A stretch of DNA of 64,000 bases from Lama glama (taxonomy: Eukaryota), in assembly GCA_028534125.1 (NCBI GenBank), contig CM052817.1, positions 70,806,001-70,870,000 on the forward strand, in the 5' to 3' direction. The notes below the pieces were generated by a model. The model saw only the letters and a list, made by a program, of their open reading frames with translations, searched no databases and was not told where the DNA came from. The position numbers and the translations under genes are program-made. Position 1 is the stretch's first letter. The number at the start of each line of letters is the position of its first letter. Of this stretch, positions 1 to 12,770 are shown one piece after another.

Positions 1-853
1 TAAGTAAAGGTCTAAGTGAAAGTATAATTCCGATGCTCGTCTCAGAGCTCCCTGAAAATTGAGCATATGTGTAAAGTCAAAGAGAAGAAAAGAACAGCTT
101 GCTGGTTCATTTTTAGAAATGTTTGAATCACTAAAATGAAGTCAATCAAACATTTTAAGTTATGTTTATAAATACAGCAAACTATTAGAAGAAAGTAAAA
201 CTGCCTTGGAAATTGGCCATAATTAACCTAAAATAATAAATATTATCATGAGTTTATGTTAGTCAGTTTTAAGGATGTAGAAGGCAAATTGTCTTCAAAT
301 TGAAGGTAAAGGAAAGCAGAGGAGATGTCTGCTTATTTCATATTTTTTTAATCTAAGTTTGCCTTGTTGCAGTTGATCGTGGATAAGCCACCTCCGCCCA
401 AAAGTTCCCTTGTGACCAGGCTCTGTCCATCTGCACAATTTAACACATTTGTTCTAATTACTGCAAGAGTGGCTTATTGTTGGTCCAACAGACAGCCTGT
501 GAGCCAGAGGTCAGCAGGAAGAGCTGTATGACCCAACCACTGACCCCAAGGGACAGCCAGTGACCTGTTGGCCTGACCTGTAAGTGAGGAAAGAACTAAA
601 AATTCTCATTAGGATTCACTGTTTTTCAAACTCTGCATTTCAAAAAATAAAGTTTTTACATAAGTGTACCCCCAAATCCTTTTACCATTCTGCATACTAT
701 ATAGGTGGCTGATTTCCTTTCATTACAATAAATCATTTTATTATATAAACTTAAATATTTTTAGACTCCGGACATTTTATGCAATAGATGAGAAATATTT
801 ATAATATTTTACATATTTCAACTCCTTTATATGGTTTGCAACTGGAGCATGTT

Positions 854-1037
854 TAGTGCTTCTCAGTTAGGGTAATTTTGCCCCCGGGGGATATTTGAAA
901 AACTCTGGAAACATTGCTTCTCATGAATGAAGGGTGCTACTGGCTTCTAGTGGTTAGAGGCTGAGGACTTCTGCTAAACATTTTACCGTGCACAGCCCTT
1001 CCAAAACAAAGAATTACCCAATCCAAAATGTCAATAG
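854..1037 (+). mobile_element. MER20 (hAT-Charlie non-autonomous DNA transposon), nearly full length
   Basis: Follows recalled MER20 consensus: ATTTTGCCCCC..GGGG, GGGTGCTACTGGC.TCTAGTGG.TAGAGGC, CTGCTAAACAT, ACAAAGAATTA...CAAAATGTCAATAG. Confidence 0.9.
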
Positions 1038-1477
1038 AGACAATGTAGTTCTAGTTGACAGAAAATCATATTAGTTTTTGTTATCTGATTTGCCTTACAA
1101 CATGGTAAATCAATTCTCTTTTTCTTTAGCCCTAACTATCTATATCAAGTAATAGTATATCATATCTATAACAGAATTACCTGGATTGATTGTTTAAATA
1201 TAAGCTTCCTGAACTCTTGACACTGAATTTGCATTGTTAGGGAAGGGATAAGGGAATTTGTACTTATATCCAGAGCCTACTGCTCCTGCACTCTAAATTT
1301 TAAGATCAAATATTTTCTTCATTTTATATAATAATTTCTTTTCCATACAAATTCCAAAAGTTATGGTCCATTTCCTTACACAATTCAAAAAAAATCATTA
1401 TTCCAGTTACTACATTAATATTAATATTTTAAAGTTATACTGAAGCTAGAAAAGTTGTTGGAGTTCACTTTTAAAAC

Positions 1478-1560
1478 TTATTTTATAGATGGGAAAATTA
1501 AGATGAGAAGTGCCTGAGGTCACAGATCAGTTAGTGACCTAACTAGGGATCTTATGTTAA
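1478..1560 (-). mobile_element. MIR-family SINE fragment
   Basis: TTTTATAGATGGGAAA...TGCCTGAGGTCACAG...AGTTAGTG resembles the reverse-complement MIR core. Confidence 0.55.
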
Positions 1561-2257
1561 CCAGGATAAAGTATGAAGAAGTTGTTTACTTCAAACCTCA
1601 GGCAACAGGTACCATTTTAGTGAACCTTCTCTCTACAGGGCCCTGAAGTTTCCTAGTGGAATCTGCTAGTCATTCCAATACTTTTGTCCAAGACTCTGCA
1701 CATGGGGCTAGGAAAGCAATGTTGAATAGAGAACTTTGAAAAGCACTTGAGAACACATTGAAGACACTACAGAATTCAGTTCAAATTAGCATAACATACT
1801 GCAGTTGATATAAACAAAGGCAATTGAAGATATAGCAAAGGAAAGGTACATTAGGAGAGGCTTCTTGTAGAAGGTGAGTCTTTAATCAGAGTCTGAAAGA
1901 TGAACAGGAGAAAAATTAACTAGGAAGTGGTAGAAGATATTTTTATTCAAGGACTGGTATAAGCAAAACCCCAAATTAGAAATTAGCAGATCAAATTGAG
2001 AAGATTGCAAATAGTTTTAGGTTTCTGGACCAGGGAGACCATATTGTTGTGGAATCAGAGATGAATTTGTTGAGATTAGCAAGGCAATGGATAGAAGGGA
2101 AAAGAATTGTCAAAAACCTCTAAGTGCCAAGCTGTATGGATTCTCCGGACACCTGCAATTACTATATATCACCCTGTTTTGTTTCCAGCGTGGTACTTAT
2201 TACTCCATGGAATGATCGTATTCATTTGTTTACTTGACTATGTTGGTCTCCCAAAGT

Positions 2258-3008
2258 GCAATGCAAATTCAATGCACTGAGAGTCTGGATTGCAATGAGG
2301 AATGTCTAGAATCAAGGAGACCACTTTAATATGAGTTGGCCTATGAAAGCTATGGAAATCAGAATGGGCATGACTGAAAAGAATTAGATGAAAGCATCAA
2401 GTTTACTGCACTCAGTTTGCGTGCCCTCATCCCATCCTCCCACCCACCACCCAATCTGAACATTGCTCTCTGGCCAGAGCAGCCTCAGCAGCCACAATTC
2501 CAGAGGTCTTGGAGCCAGATCACTGCCGCAGCTGATGCACCCGCTCAGATGCAGTGGCCCATCAAGGCCCTGTCTGACAGAGACTGGCTGGACCAAAATC
2601 ACAGGGAACTGGTATCACGGTGACTGCCTGGAAATGCCAGTGACACAACCTGGAAGGGCAGAGGAATTAGTACCCTGCTCTCTGGGGGTGTGAAATTTAA
2701 TTTTAACTAATTTTAAAGAAGGGAGCCAGTGGATAGATTCTTCTCTATTCCTCTCCCTGAGAGAATATTCTGACATGCAGTAGCTCATATGTCCTCTCAG
2801 ATGATGACCCATAAGACTGAGAAATCTTTGGGAAGCTTGTTAGAAAGCTGTGGCCAGGATGGAAATGCACTCCCTTGTACCTTCCACGCTACCTCCCTTG
2901 CTCTGCTTTTCCCCTCACCTCTGCTTCCCTGCGCTTGCGCTCCCCAGTAAAATGCTAACATGTAAGCCTCTCACTCAGGCTGTTTCCTGGCCATCCTTGG
3001 CTAAGACA
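2258..3008 (+). mobile_element. ERVL-class solo LTR (LTR16/LTR41/LTR50-like)
   Basis: GC-richer block ending CTCAGGCTGTTTCCTGG...GGCTAAGACA, typical of LTR16-group 3' termini, with an AGTAAA poly(A)-like signal upstream; 5' boundary uncertain. Confidence 0.6.
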
Positions 3009-3871
3009 AAAGTTATCCTATCTAGTAAATGAAATGCAACCCAAGCACTTAGCTGTATTGATTTCCAATCTATTTGAGTAAATCCAGCAAGGCTTAGAGA
3101 TGTGTAAAATGTTATTAAGTTGGTGGCATCCACTTTAAATTGCCGGTTCATCAGCCTAAAATTGTTTCCACCGGATACTGTTGCCTTTGCTACAGCCATG
3201 TAGTAATCAGTTCTCCAGAGTGTTTTGTTTATACCACTGGAGGATATGCAAGATGGGATATGAAAGAACTAAGGGTGAGAGAGAGGTGGGCTAGCGACAT
3301 ACAGAAGGGAAGCAGTGGGGAAATTGAAGTAGACTAATTGCAGAAGATCAACTATGTCCCCTTTGCAGGAAATTCTGCTACGAGTGCTGCACAGCAGCCT
3401 TTGGAAGCCTAAACAGCATAAATGGCTAAAGGTGTTTTCTGATGAATAAGGCTTTACTTCCTTGGCAGGTAACCGAAGTCTGACTTTGGGAACAGGAACA
3501 CCTGGAAGCCAGCTCAGCTCTTGAACTACTCCAAATTCCTCATATCGGGTTCATTATAAGAAGCCACCTGTGTCTCTGTTCATCAAATCCTACCAGTTTC
3601 TGGTTCTGATCTGTTGCAATACACCAAAGAGTCATTTCTAATTATAAAAGTAAAATAAATAATTCATGGGGATTTCCTGACCCTTCAGCTTAGAGCCAAA
3701 GTGAAATTGGTCTATGTTGATGATCACAGAATTGCAAATTGCTTCAACACTTCTGCTAAGTAATTACCTAATCCAAGTAGTAAAACCTAAGTAATATGGA
3801 TTCATTAGTGGTACAGCTCAGTTTTAATTAGTGAAAATTATGAATTGCAAAATGTTTTCTTAGGAAATGTT

Positions 3872-4256
3872 TGTGGAAGAGAATGCTCTGTATTCACCAA
3901 ACTCTGTTTTCTTTTTTTCTTGGGCACATAATGGAATGTGGACAGAAGTAATGTGGACTGCTTTTAGCCCTGGCTTGTACAAAACGCCCTCTATGCAAAT
4001 CCTCCATGATTTTGCTCTTTCCTTAGCCACTGTGTGATAAGAAAGGAAGACAAGGCCCTGAAGGGATGTTAGCCCAGGGACAGTGAAAGGATCCTGAATT
4101 CTTGAATGAATGAAAGTAGAGACATCTCTTTCACCCCTACACTTCCATTCCCCAGATTGGAATATGACCTGAGCAAGAAATACAATTTTTCATGTTAAGA
4201 GATTGGATTTGGGGCAAATTGTCAGTTAAAACAGTGAGCCTACTATGACTAGTTCA
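3872..4256 (+). mobile_element. MaLR solo LTR (old MLT1J-like)
   Basis: TGTGG start, AATGGAATGTGGACAGAAGT, TGAGCAAGAAATA...TGTTAAG..GAGATT, ends TGACTAGTTCA. Confidence 0.7.
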
Positions 4257-5129
4257 ATACAGTTTTAGATTTGTAATTTAACCTAGATTAACAACATTCA
4301 TTTAATCATTTACTTAACAAGGATTATTCATCTTATTCATTCATCTATTCAACAGGTCTTTAGGAATCATGTTTTAATGAGTAATTGTGCAAATCAGTTT
4401 CTCTAAATGGTTCTACCTCGTATGTGGATGCTTTTTGTTCTCTTAAATATTTTAAGAATTTCCACAACAACTTGGTTTATATATTATCAATACGAAACTT
4501 TCAGCCCAGTCTCTATGTGAATAATCACAATTAGGTCCTGTTTGATAGACTAGCACTTTCCTGCTCTTTAATAATTCATTTCTTACTAAGCCTGGTTGGA
4601 TGGCTTAGAGAAATGGGATCCCTGAACCCTTTAGTTCCACTTCATTCTGTGGTTTTAGACTCCATACCTGAACTCAGAGAGGCATCTTTCAAACGTTTGC
4701 AATAAAAACTAGAAAAACAACATATGATGGTAGTCATGTAACACCATCTGCAGCTAGAACAAGATTGTACATTCTCTGAATTAACGAAAATAAGAATTCA
4801 AGTATATACATTAAGTTTAGCTTAATTTCAATAATTAATAAACAAGAAACAGCAACTTTAAAAAACTTTAAAGTTTCATAACTTCCAAGCAGAACATGAA
4901 CATGTTGTCACAAAGCCACTATGCATTAGGCTGAGTCAGAAAACAACTTCTCAACTCTAACAACAGTCCCCAAACAGGGTCATCTCTAATAGTTTCCAAC
5001 CATCAGCATAAAAAAAAAAAAAACCAAGAGAACATGAAGAAAAATTAAAGTTAAAGCATAGGCGCGAATTTTAAAGATCTTTAAAGGGAATTTCAAATAC
5101 TCTGTTAAAAAAATAACAAAGATTAGTAG

Positions 5130-5550
5130 TCACAACGGTGTAAAAAACTAGTGAGAAAAATTACAATTCACAGTAAGCATATGTTATTTCCATAATGTTA
5201 GAAATTTTAAAAATAAATTTAATGTAGTATAAACATTGTGTTAACACAGGGCTTGCTACTAGAAGAGGGCTTGTACATGAACAGCCCTCTTCTAGTGACT
5301 ACATGCATATTATTCAATATTGGTGTTTCTTGAACTGAAGCATCTTCAGCATCTGGAATTTCAACATTAAAAACTTCTGATTTCTTAGGCCTTTGCTTTA
5401 AAAAGATGACAATTTTCATTTTAGATTTCCATTTTCACTTTTTAAAAACTTGGGACAACAAATGAAATTAGCTCAAATTTTCTGTTTAACAAGTGACACA
5501 CATAGTACCTGAACTTCAAATCAGTGCAGTTCAAATCAGTGTGAACTATC
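5130..5550 (-). mobile_element. Possible degraded Tigger/pogo-type DNA transposon remnant
   Basis: Minus-strand peptide KIVIFLKQRPKKS...KPSSSSK recalls low-complexity Tigger transposase C-termini, followed by an AT-rich tail; no clear TIR pair seen. Confidence 0.3.
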
Positions 5551-6070
5551 TATGAGTGTGTGAAAGTGTGTGTATTTTTAGTCACAACTTACAAGATGAG
5601 CTAAAGGTATTCAGTGGCATATTCCAGATTCCCCAACGGACAACAGACCTATTTCATTTGGCATGTCTGTTAGATCAATTATCCCAATCTCCTTCCTTCC
5701 ATCACTATGCTTCAAAAAACTCTATGCCTTCCTTTTAAATACAGCTGGGACTCATTAGCTCCTTTCTGCCAATCTAACTATCATTCTGTCACTTTTCCTT
5801 CTTTCTCTTTATGTCCTCGACCAAGTAAGTGTCATTTTCCTGCTTTCATTTTGGCTGGGAACTCAACTGAATCAGCTTTCCAACAAATCTGGTGTGTAGA
5901 ATTCCAATCTTCCCTATTACTTTTGGCTCACAAATAAAAACAATTAAGCCATCTTCTAGTGGTGCTCTGACTCTGCTGTTTATTTGGTTCCGCATTCAGA
6001 GTTGGAACAGGTGCCATTTCTTCCTAGGGCCTAAACATCAAAATATTTGTGAAATGGGCTTTGCACTCTG

Positions 6071-6121
6071 TATCAAGTCAGTCACAGTGAAGCATATCAA
6101 GTCAGTCACAGTGAAGCATAT
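6071..6121. repeat. Perfect 24-bp tandem duplication
   Basis: TATCAAGTCAGTCACAGTGAAGCA at 6071-6094 and 6095-6118, followed by TAT. Confidence 0.97.
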
Positions 6122-8319
6122 TTCCAATGAAAATGGTGCTGGTGCTGTGAGAACACAAGTCTTATTAAGGCTCTAATTGTCGCTCTTGGCCCTTGTTTTT
6201 GTCTCCAAAAAGTAATGTCAAGTAATGATCTAATTAATATGAATCAAATATGCAAATTATACCTTGTGACAAATGGCTTTTTCCAAGAATTCTTAATTCC
6301 TTCTTTTTAATTGCTGAGTGATATTAGACATTTCTACTGAATTTGATATATCTGACAGTTTCCTTTCATTCCAGTGAGTGACTGGGAAATCTGCAAGAAT
6401 AAAGTTATTTATAAGTAGTAGGAAAGTATTACATAAATAATGCACCTCTGAAATTGGAAAATGAATTTTAATCAAACTTCTATTAAATGGATATGTTTAA
6501 TGAAGTCTTTGTTAGTAATTTTTTTAAACAAATACACTCTTCTTGAATTTCATAAACTGGAAGGAAAATGAAAACTTTGCCCTGTTAGACAAAAGTTTGT
6601 AAGGGGAAACAAAAAAACCCTATAGGAATTTGTATAACATCTTAAGTAGATTTAAATAATCCTTGAAATTGAACCAGAAGTACATTTTATAAAACTCATC
6701 TTTCTCTCTCAAGAGTCCCATTCAAGATAACATGTGTGCAAATCCTAGCCAATATATGGCTGCAAAGTGAGGCAGGGGACACATCAAGAGTGGAGCCAAG
6801 TTTTCCCTGAGTTATGCCCCATAACTCCTTTATATTTTCGATCACTAATTCCACCTATGGAGCACAAAATAAAGTCTTTTTGCCCACAGCTTACTGAATG
6901 GACAAAGAACAAGTTTGAGAACATTCAAGAAAAACAAATATTTATTGTACCAGGCACTGTTCTAAAAATGTATCATCATAATGTTTTTAGCATTTTAAGA
7001 AAAGTGTCAGTATAATTATGTTTGTAAGGATAACTGACGTGATGAGATTTTACCCTGTCCTCTACTTTCTAAGACCAGCTTCTCTTCTTTTTCTCTCTCC
7101 CTCCTACTTTTCTTTTGAGACATATTTAATGTACATTAGCTTGGAGCTGGGCACCCTGTGGACAACATGGATACAGGCTCTGACAGTCTCGTAGAAAAGG
7201 CCATCACTGAAAAAGCAAAAGTGAAAGAAGTCAAAGATATTGTGGGGCAAATAACAGAGGGAGCTCTCTACAGTGACACAACTCACCAACAATTTCAGAT
7301 AGATGGAGGTGGAAGGTTGACGGATGATTTCTAGAACTAGAGAAACAATTTAGACAAAACTGTTCATCTTGCCCTCCATTCATATATATCCTCAACTCTT
7401 TAATCCGGTCAGCTTGGGCAGAGAGAGCATGGAGTAACAGCAACTAGCCAAGCTTTCAGACTGCCATTTCTGAGGATACCAAGAAAGATGAACTAGGAAT
7501 TGAGAATCCAACTCTCCCACAGTAGTTCATCATTTCTTCAGAAGGACGCTCTGCATCTTGATGAAATATTAAATGAATCATGACCGTCCCTTGGCCAGGG
7601 TTGTTTTCCAGGTTATTGTGAAATTTCAGTGATATCCCTCTGAACTCTCCCTCCACATTCTTGCTTTCTATCCTGGCTTTAAAATGTTGAAGATTTTAAG
7701 TAAATTTACTACAGCCCTCTCACCATCATGACTGAAGAAATACTACCAAATAAATTAATTAAAGAGCAAAAGCAAGTACCAGTAAGAATGGAAGTTTTTG
7801 CTGGTTCACTTTGCAAATGCAACATAGTTCTCTTGCTTTGCAGTTTCTCTATAAATTAAGGTTCTTTCTTTTAGTTACAATTAGGAAGAGATAATTATTT
7901 TATCATGCCAATGCATTTTACTTCATGCAGCTTACACACAAACATACACATAAACAATGCTCAGTCATAAATGAGTCACACATTTATATTTTTATTTATA
8001 GTATATCTTTTGCTAAACTCAAAATATGCCTATGAAGTTCTAGTTCCTGTTGACATATATGACTCTCAGGAGCTGTTATATATCATATTAAAGTTTCCTT
8101 GCAGGGGATGCTTTTTCAGGGCTGTGCCAAAAGTTTAATCTGGAACCAGACAAAACTAAACCAAGCTGTGATCCAAACTACTCTAAATTTTGACTCAGAA
8201 AGCATTACAAGCTTATAAAATAAATGAAATATTAACCATTGTGGAGAGAATCAAGTATTTTTATAAACTAAATTTCTTTAAATCTCTTGATAACCTCTTG
8301 ATAAGAATTCGTGGAATGT

Positions 8320-8975
8320 CCAAGTTTGCCCTTCTCCATCCCCACACCTGGGGGCTGAGCCCTGCCCTGGGGACTTCTCACCTGCACTACTGCATGTGTC
8401 TTAGGCTCCTCTTCCCCAAGTTCTGCCTCATTGTACCATTCTGAAAGTCACCTCACTAAAAATCTAACAATGTCATCCTCCTTTTTAAAAGCCTCCATGT
8501 GCTTCCCACTCCGTAAGGGATACATTTTAGTTCTTTAACTTCGCATAAATTTCCTTATACAAATTTATTCCCACGTTACCTCTCCAGCCTCAACTACTAT
8601 TCCACTTCATCCACTCAGCCTGTCAAGCTACACGCAACACCTCACTTCTGCCCATATGTGCTCCTTGGTAAATCCTGTCCTGTACATGCTGTTTACTTTC
8701 CTTAAAATTTCCTTTCCCTCCATTCTCAGCCTTCTCTGATTTAGCCAGGAATAATTAGCAACATTGTCACAGTAATCTGTTCACCTTTATTATGACACGT
8801 ACTCACATTCGTCTGTATTCCCACCTCCATCACTTGCTGTAGCCTTAATATTCTTTGAGGGCAAAGACCATGTCTTGATTATCCTAATGTGAGTGCTTAT
8901 ATACCCATATCTCTATCTATAGCCACCTATCACCTACCTGATGCTTAATATACTCAATGACAGCTGGAAAAATGA
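8320..8975 (+). mobile_element. L2 LINE 3' fragment
   Basis: Pyrimidine-rich L2-like text (TTCTCACCTGCACTACTGC; TTTAAAAGCCTCCA.GTGCTTCCCA) ending TTTGAGGGCAAAGACCATGTCTT. Confidence 0.7.
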
Positions 8976-9869
8976 ATTTTCTCAATGCATACTTAGACTG
9001 AGCTGAATCATTTTGGCTAAGTTGATCAGATTCTACTACAGCTCCAGGGATTTTAACTGAGACTAAATAGTCCAAATTAATCTAACAACTTGTTTCCATC
9101 ATAATATAATGAAGCATAGCTTTTCTTCAACTAATTTATTTGGATTTATTTTTAAAAGTTTACCTAAAGTCATATGAATGTTTTCCCCTTCCAAAAGGGG
9201 AAGAAACAAAAATACCAAAAAAAAATTTTTAATTTTCTTATTACAGAGCAATATCTCCTAGCAATACATTGTTATACTAATATTGTCTAATTAACCACAA
9301 GTTACAGTATTCAATATTTAAAATTCTATGACTTATTTGAAAATAATGTAGCTTCATATATTCATCTATAGCAAAGTATATTGTATATGAATTAACCTCC
9401 ATATTAATTATGCAAATCAATAAAATAAATTTTAAAATAAAAAGTTTGGTGTTTCTAGCTATGAACATTAGTTCAAAGGAAAATAAATGTCACAGAACTA
9501 ATCTGAACAGAAGGTGTACTCCATAACATTTTCTAAATCAATACTTTATTTTCCACAGGAAAAAATGCAGGTAAGGAGGAAATTAAACAGTGTTCTATAT
9601 TTTTTTTGATATTTTACTTATTAGGGAGAAGAAAATTCCTTAATAGGAAAGATGAAAATTACAGATTAAATTTTGCATATATGCTAAAAAGTGTAGTTCT
9701 TAAAATAGGAAATCCGCACCAGGTCCTTCTAAAAACATTTTATAATAAGTCTTCACAAGCTGTTTTGTTTAGTTCAAATAGAGAGCTGAATTTACTACAG
9801 TTCATTGCAGGCTATGAAATTCACATCTTTTTCAGGCGTTTCAAAACCCATATCCAGTGAGAATTCTTG

Positions 9870-10066
9870 CTACTGCCAGGGGTTGGGAAGAAGGGGAAAT
9901 GGGGTGATATTGGTCAAGGGGTACAATGTTTCAGTTATGCAAGATGAATAATTTCTGGAGATCTGATGTACAACATGGTGACAATAATTAACAATACTGT
10001 ATTGTATACTTGTAATTTGCTAAGAGGATAGATCTTAAAATAAAATCTTCTCAACACACACACACA
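9870..10066 (+). mobile_element. L1 3' UTR fragment (L1MA/L1MB-like)
   Basis: GGTCAAGGGGTACAA..TTTCAGTTATGCAAGATGAATAA.TTCTGGAGATCT.ATGTACAACATGGTGAC...TTTGCTAAGAG..TAGATCTTAAA. Confidence 0.9.
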
Positions 10067-10279
10067 TGACTATGCTGACGTCATGAAAATAAAGATAGTT
10101 TCCCCTCAAGGGATTAGAATCTGACAAAACAGCTCCAGGCATTTGAAGGTTTAATATGTCCTTCAGGGTCCCTGAAGCTTCAGTGCTGGAAGCCGGAGTC
10201 TATGTAGGGACTGAGCAACTGAGCTCACTGAGAACATTCTCTGGTACTTAAACCTCCCTTTGCTTCTCTCTCCAACCAC

Positions 10280-10550
10280 TGTTCAGCAAATACTTATTGT
10301 GTGAGGCCTGTGCTAAGGGGTGGGAATTAAAAGCAGTAAACAATATAGTTACAGTGTTTGCCATCAAAAAGTTCATAGTCTAGCAGAGGAAATAGATATG
10401 TAAAGAAGTAAATACAATAAAATGTGATAAAATAGAATAGAGGACGAACAGCGCACTCGGCAAAGACGCAGCACCAAGGGGTGGGAGCAGAGGGCAGGAA
10501 AGCCATCCCTGAGGCAGTAATGCCTAAGTTGGGACCTGGAGATGAATTGA
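10280..10550 (-). mobile_element. L2 3' fragment
   Basis: TTCAGCAAATACTTATTG...GGCCTGTGCTAAG...CATAGTCTAG...TCCCTGAGG.AGT.ATGCCTAAGTTGGGACCTGGA resembles the reverse-complement L2 tail. Confidence 0.65.
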
Positions 10551-11438
10551 TCGATTTAAGCCTTTCTACAAATCCATGTCCTGACCACAATCTGATCCTA
10601 CTTGCCTCCTGTAGGTCTAAGGGTCCTGCCTGCAGGACCATAATCCATCGTGATTATAATCCATCTTGATTATACCACTTTGCCACAAACTATTTCAATT
10701 CTCCAACTAATGACTGGACTTCTTTTGGTCCTATTAGAACACTAAAATCTAGAAGCCCTCTCTGAGACCAACACTTAAGAGTTTTTTGTTGTTGTTAATG
10801 CAATTCAGTTGAGTAAACAGCATCCCTGCATTTCTTAAGGCTGAAAGTAGCAATACAGTGTTTTGTGGGCCTTGAAGTCAGCCATCCCTCTTCCTGTAAA
10901 GCACTCACTGTACCTACACTGAAAAGGAAAATAAATCAAATCTATATCATGGAAAGATCATTATGAGGTAAACAGTAAACATGACTGGTCAACAATCTAC
11001 AAACACAAGATATGAAAATACTTAAAATAAAATGTCATTCTTAGGCACTGAAAATGCCTTAGGTTGTAAATAAACATTCTACCTAGTAGCTTTCAATGTG
11101 GAAAAGCTTGATCCTTAAGAAGGTACTGCTAGAAGTTGCTGGGGTTCTTAAAATTGAAAACTGTTATCCATTGCCTCTGTCCATGCAGTGAGATGAGAGA
11201 TTTTTTTTTAATAAAATAAATGTCCTTCTTTTAGTCCTAACTGATATATTATAGGAAATACTATTTTGAGTATATTAATAAGTTGCATTAAAGAAATATA
11301 TAATTATATTTAAGGGCATGCAAAGTTACACTCTTTTTTAGTAAGAAATTTGAAGTGATTGTTTCCATACAAGTCTCTTCTATGACCCAAACGACAAGCC
11401 AAAGCTAGGAAAAACATTGCTGCAAAAACTTTCAATTA

Positions 11439-11947
11439 CAAATCTTCCTTGATTATGTACTTCCTTGGGGTTATGTACTGCTAAAACCATGGTAAGCTGA
11501 AAATATCATGAGCTGACAATGCACTAATACACCTAACAGACTGAACATCACAGCATAGCTTCACCTACCTTAAGCGTGCTCAGAACACTATAGTAGCCTA
11601 CAGTTGGGTAAAATCATCTAACACAAAGCCTATTTTATAAAAACGTGTTGAATATCTTGTGTAATTTACTGAATTCTGTATTGAAAGTGAAAAACATGAT
11701 GGCTGTATGGGTGAATAATGGTTGTAAGTCTATCAGTAGTTTACCCTGTTGAACACGTGTCTGACTGGGAGCTCTGGCTCCTGACACTGTCAAGCATCTC
11801 AAGAGAGTATCATATACATATGACTAGCCCAGAAAAAGATCAAAATTCAAAATTCAGATCCCAGTTTTTACTGAATGTGTATTGCTTTTGCACCATCATA
11901 AAGTTGAAAATCGTTAAGTTGAACCATCAGAAGTCAGGGATCATCTG
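11439..11947 (+). mobile_element. MER47/Tigger5-type non-autonomous TcMar-Tigger element
   Basis: CTACCTTAAGCGTGCTCAGAACACT..TAGCCTACAGTTGGG.AAAATCATCTAACACAAAGCCTATTTTATAA; 3' end AAGTTGAACCATC..AAGTCAGGGATCATCTG; flanked by TA at 11437-11438 and 11948-11949. Confidence 0.85.
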
Positions 11948-12285
11948 TATAGAAATTCTCATGGAGGAAGAACTCACTTTGTTACCAAAAATGACAATTT
12001 ACAGTAGGTTTTAAATAAATCATTCATAAACTCAAAAATATAATTATTGTCAGATACAATTCTTTCATATACTGAATAGCTTAAATTTTCTAATTTCAAA
12101 ACTTTTAAAGCTAGATGCTGAGAGAGGTGCTAGAACTTGTAAAACATAACCCTTGGGCCACTTTCTAAATTCTGTCCATAGACTACAAGTAAAAATTTAT
12201 CACCCCTGAGTCTCTGACATTTATGAGAAATGAATACAGTTCTGTACCTAAAAATGTTAAAACCCTGCAAATCACAAGTAACAAG

Positions 12286-12770
12286 TGAGATCACAAGAAC
12301 TAAAATTAAGGCCCAATATTACAAGCTGCCCTGACATTTGGTGAAACTGGGAAGGCCTCAAGTGGTCTAATTGCAAGTTCCCCTCCACCCCCCGCTCCCA
12401 CAGGTAAAGTCCCCTAGCCAGCAACCCTTTTTATCAAGGGGGCCCTACTTATCCATGAGCAGAAGGTTTCAGTTCCCTGTCAGTCTATAGAATTTTTCAA
12501 GCAAGCCAATCATATCCTCCATGGGAACCAAGGGCACCCCACCTTCTTGATACTATGAAGTCTGCCTCTCACAGCCTTTGGTTATGCAAACTCTGTGTGA
12601 CCTGGCATGGCATGTGGTGTCCTCCTCCCCCAGCTATGAGAATATGTGACTAGGAAACTGTTATCCATTGCCTCTGTCCAATGTCAGGTGTTGTGAGTTC
12701 AGCCATCCCTGTAAATCTAGGGCAGGAATCCTTCCTTCACCAATGGGGTGGAAAGGAAGCAAGTAAAACG
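12286..12770 (+). mobile_element. ERVL-class solo LTR (MER54/MER74/MER77-like)
   Basis: TG start, CCAATCA box, GGTGTCCTCCTCCCCCAG, 3' part TCAGCCATCCCT...TAGGGCAGGAATCCTTCCTTCACCAATGGGGTG...AAAAC. Confidence 0.7.

Noticed and set aside
372..530. Plus-strand open frame LIVDKPPPPKSS... after TTGTTGCAG
   Set aside because: It ends in a stop, resembles no protein I know, and opposes the inferred transcription direction.
10900..10940. Minus-strand micro-exon (TTTTCCTTTTCAG|TGTAGGTACA|GTGAGT)
   Set aside because: The 5- or 10-nt length is not frame-preserving, and such motif pairs are expected by chance in 64 kb.
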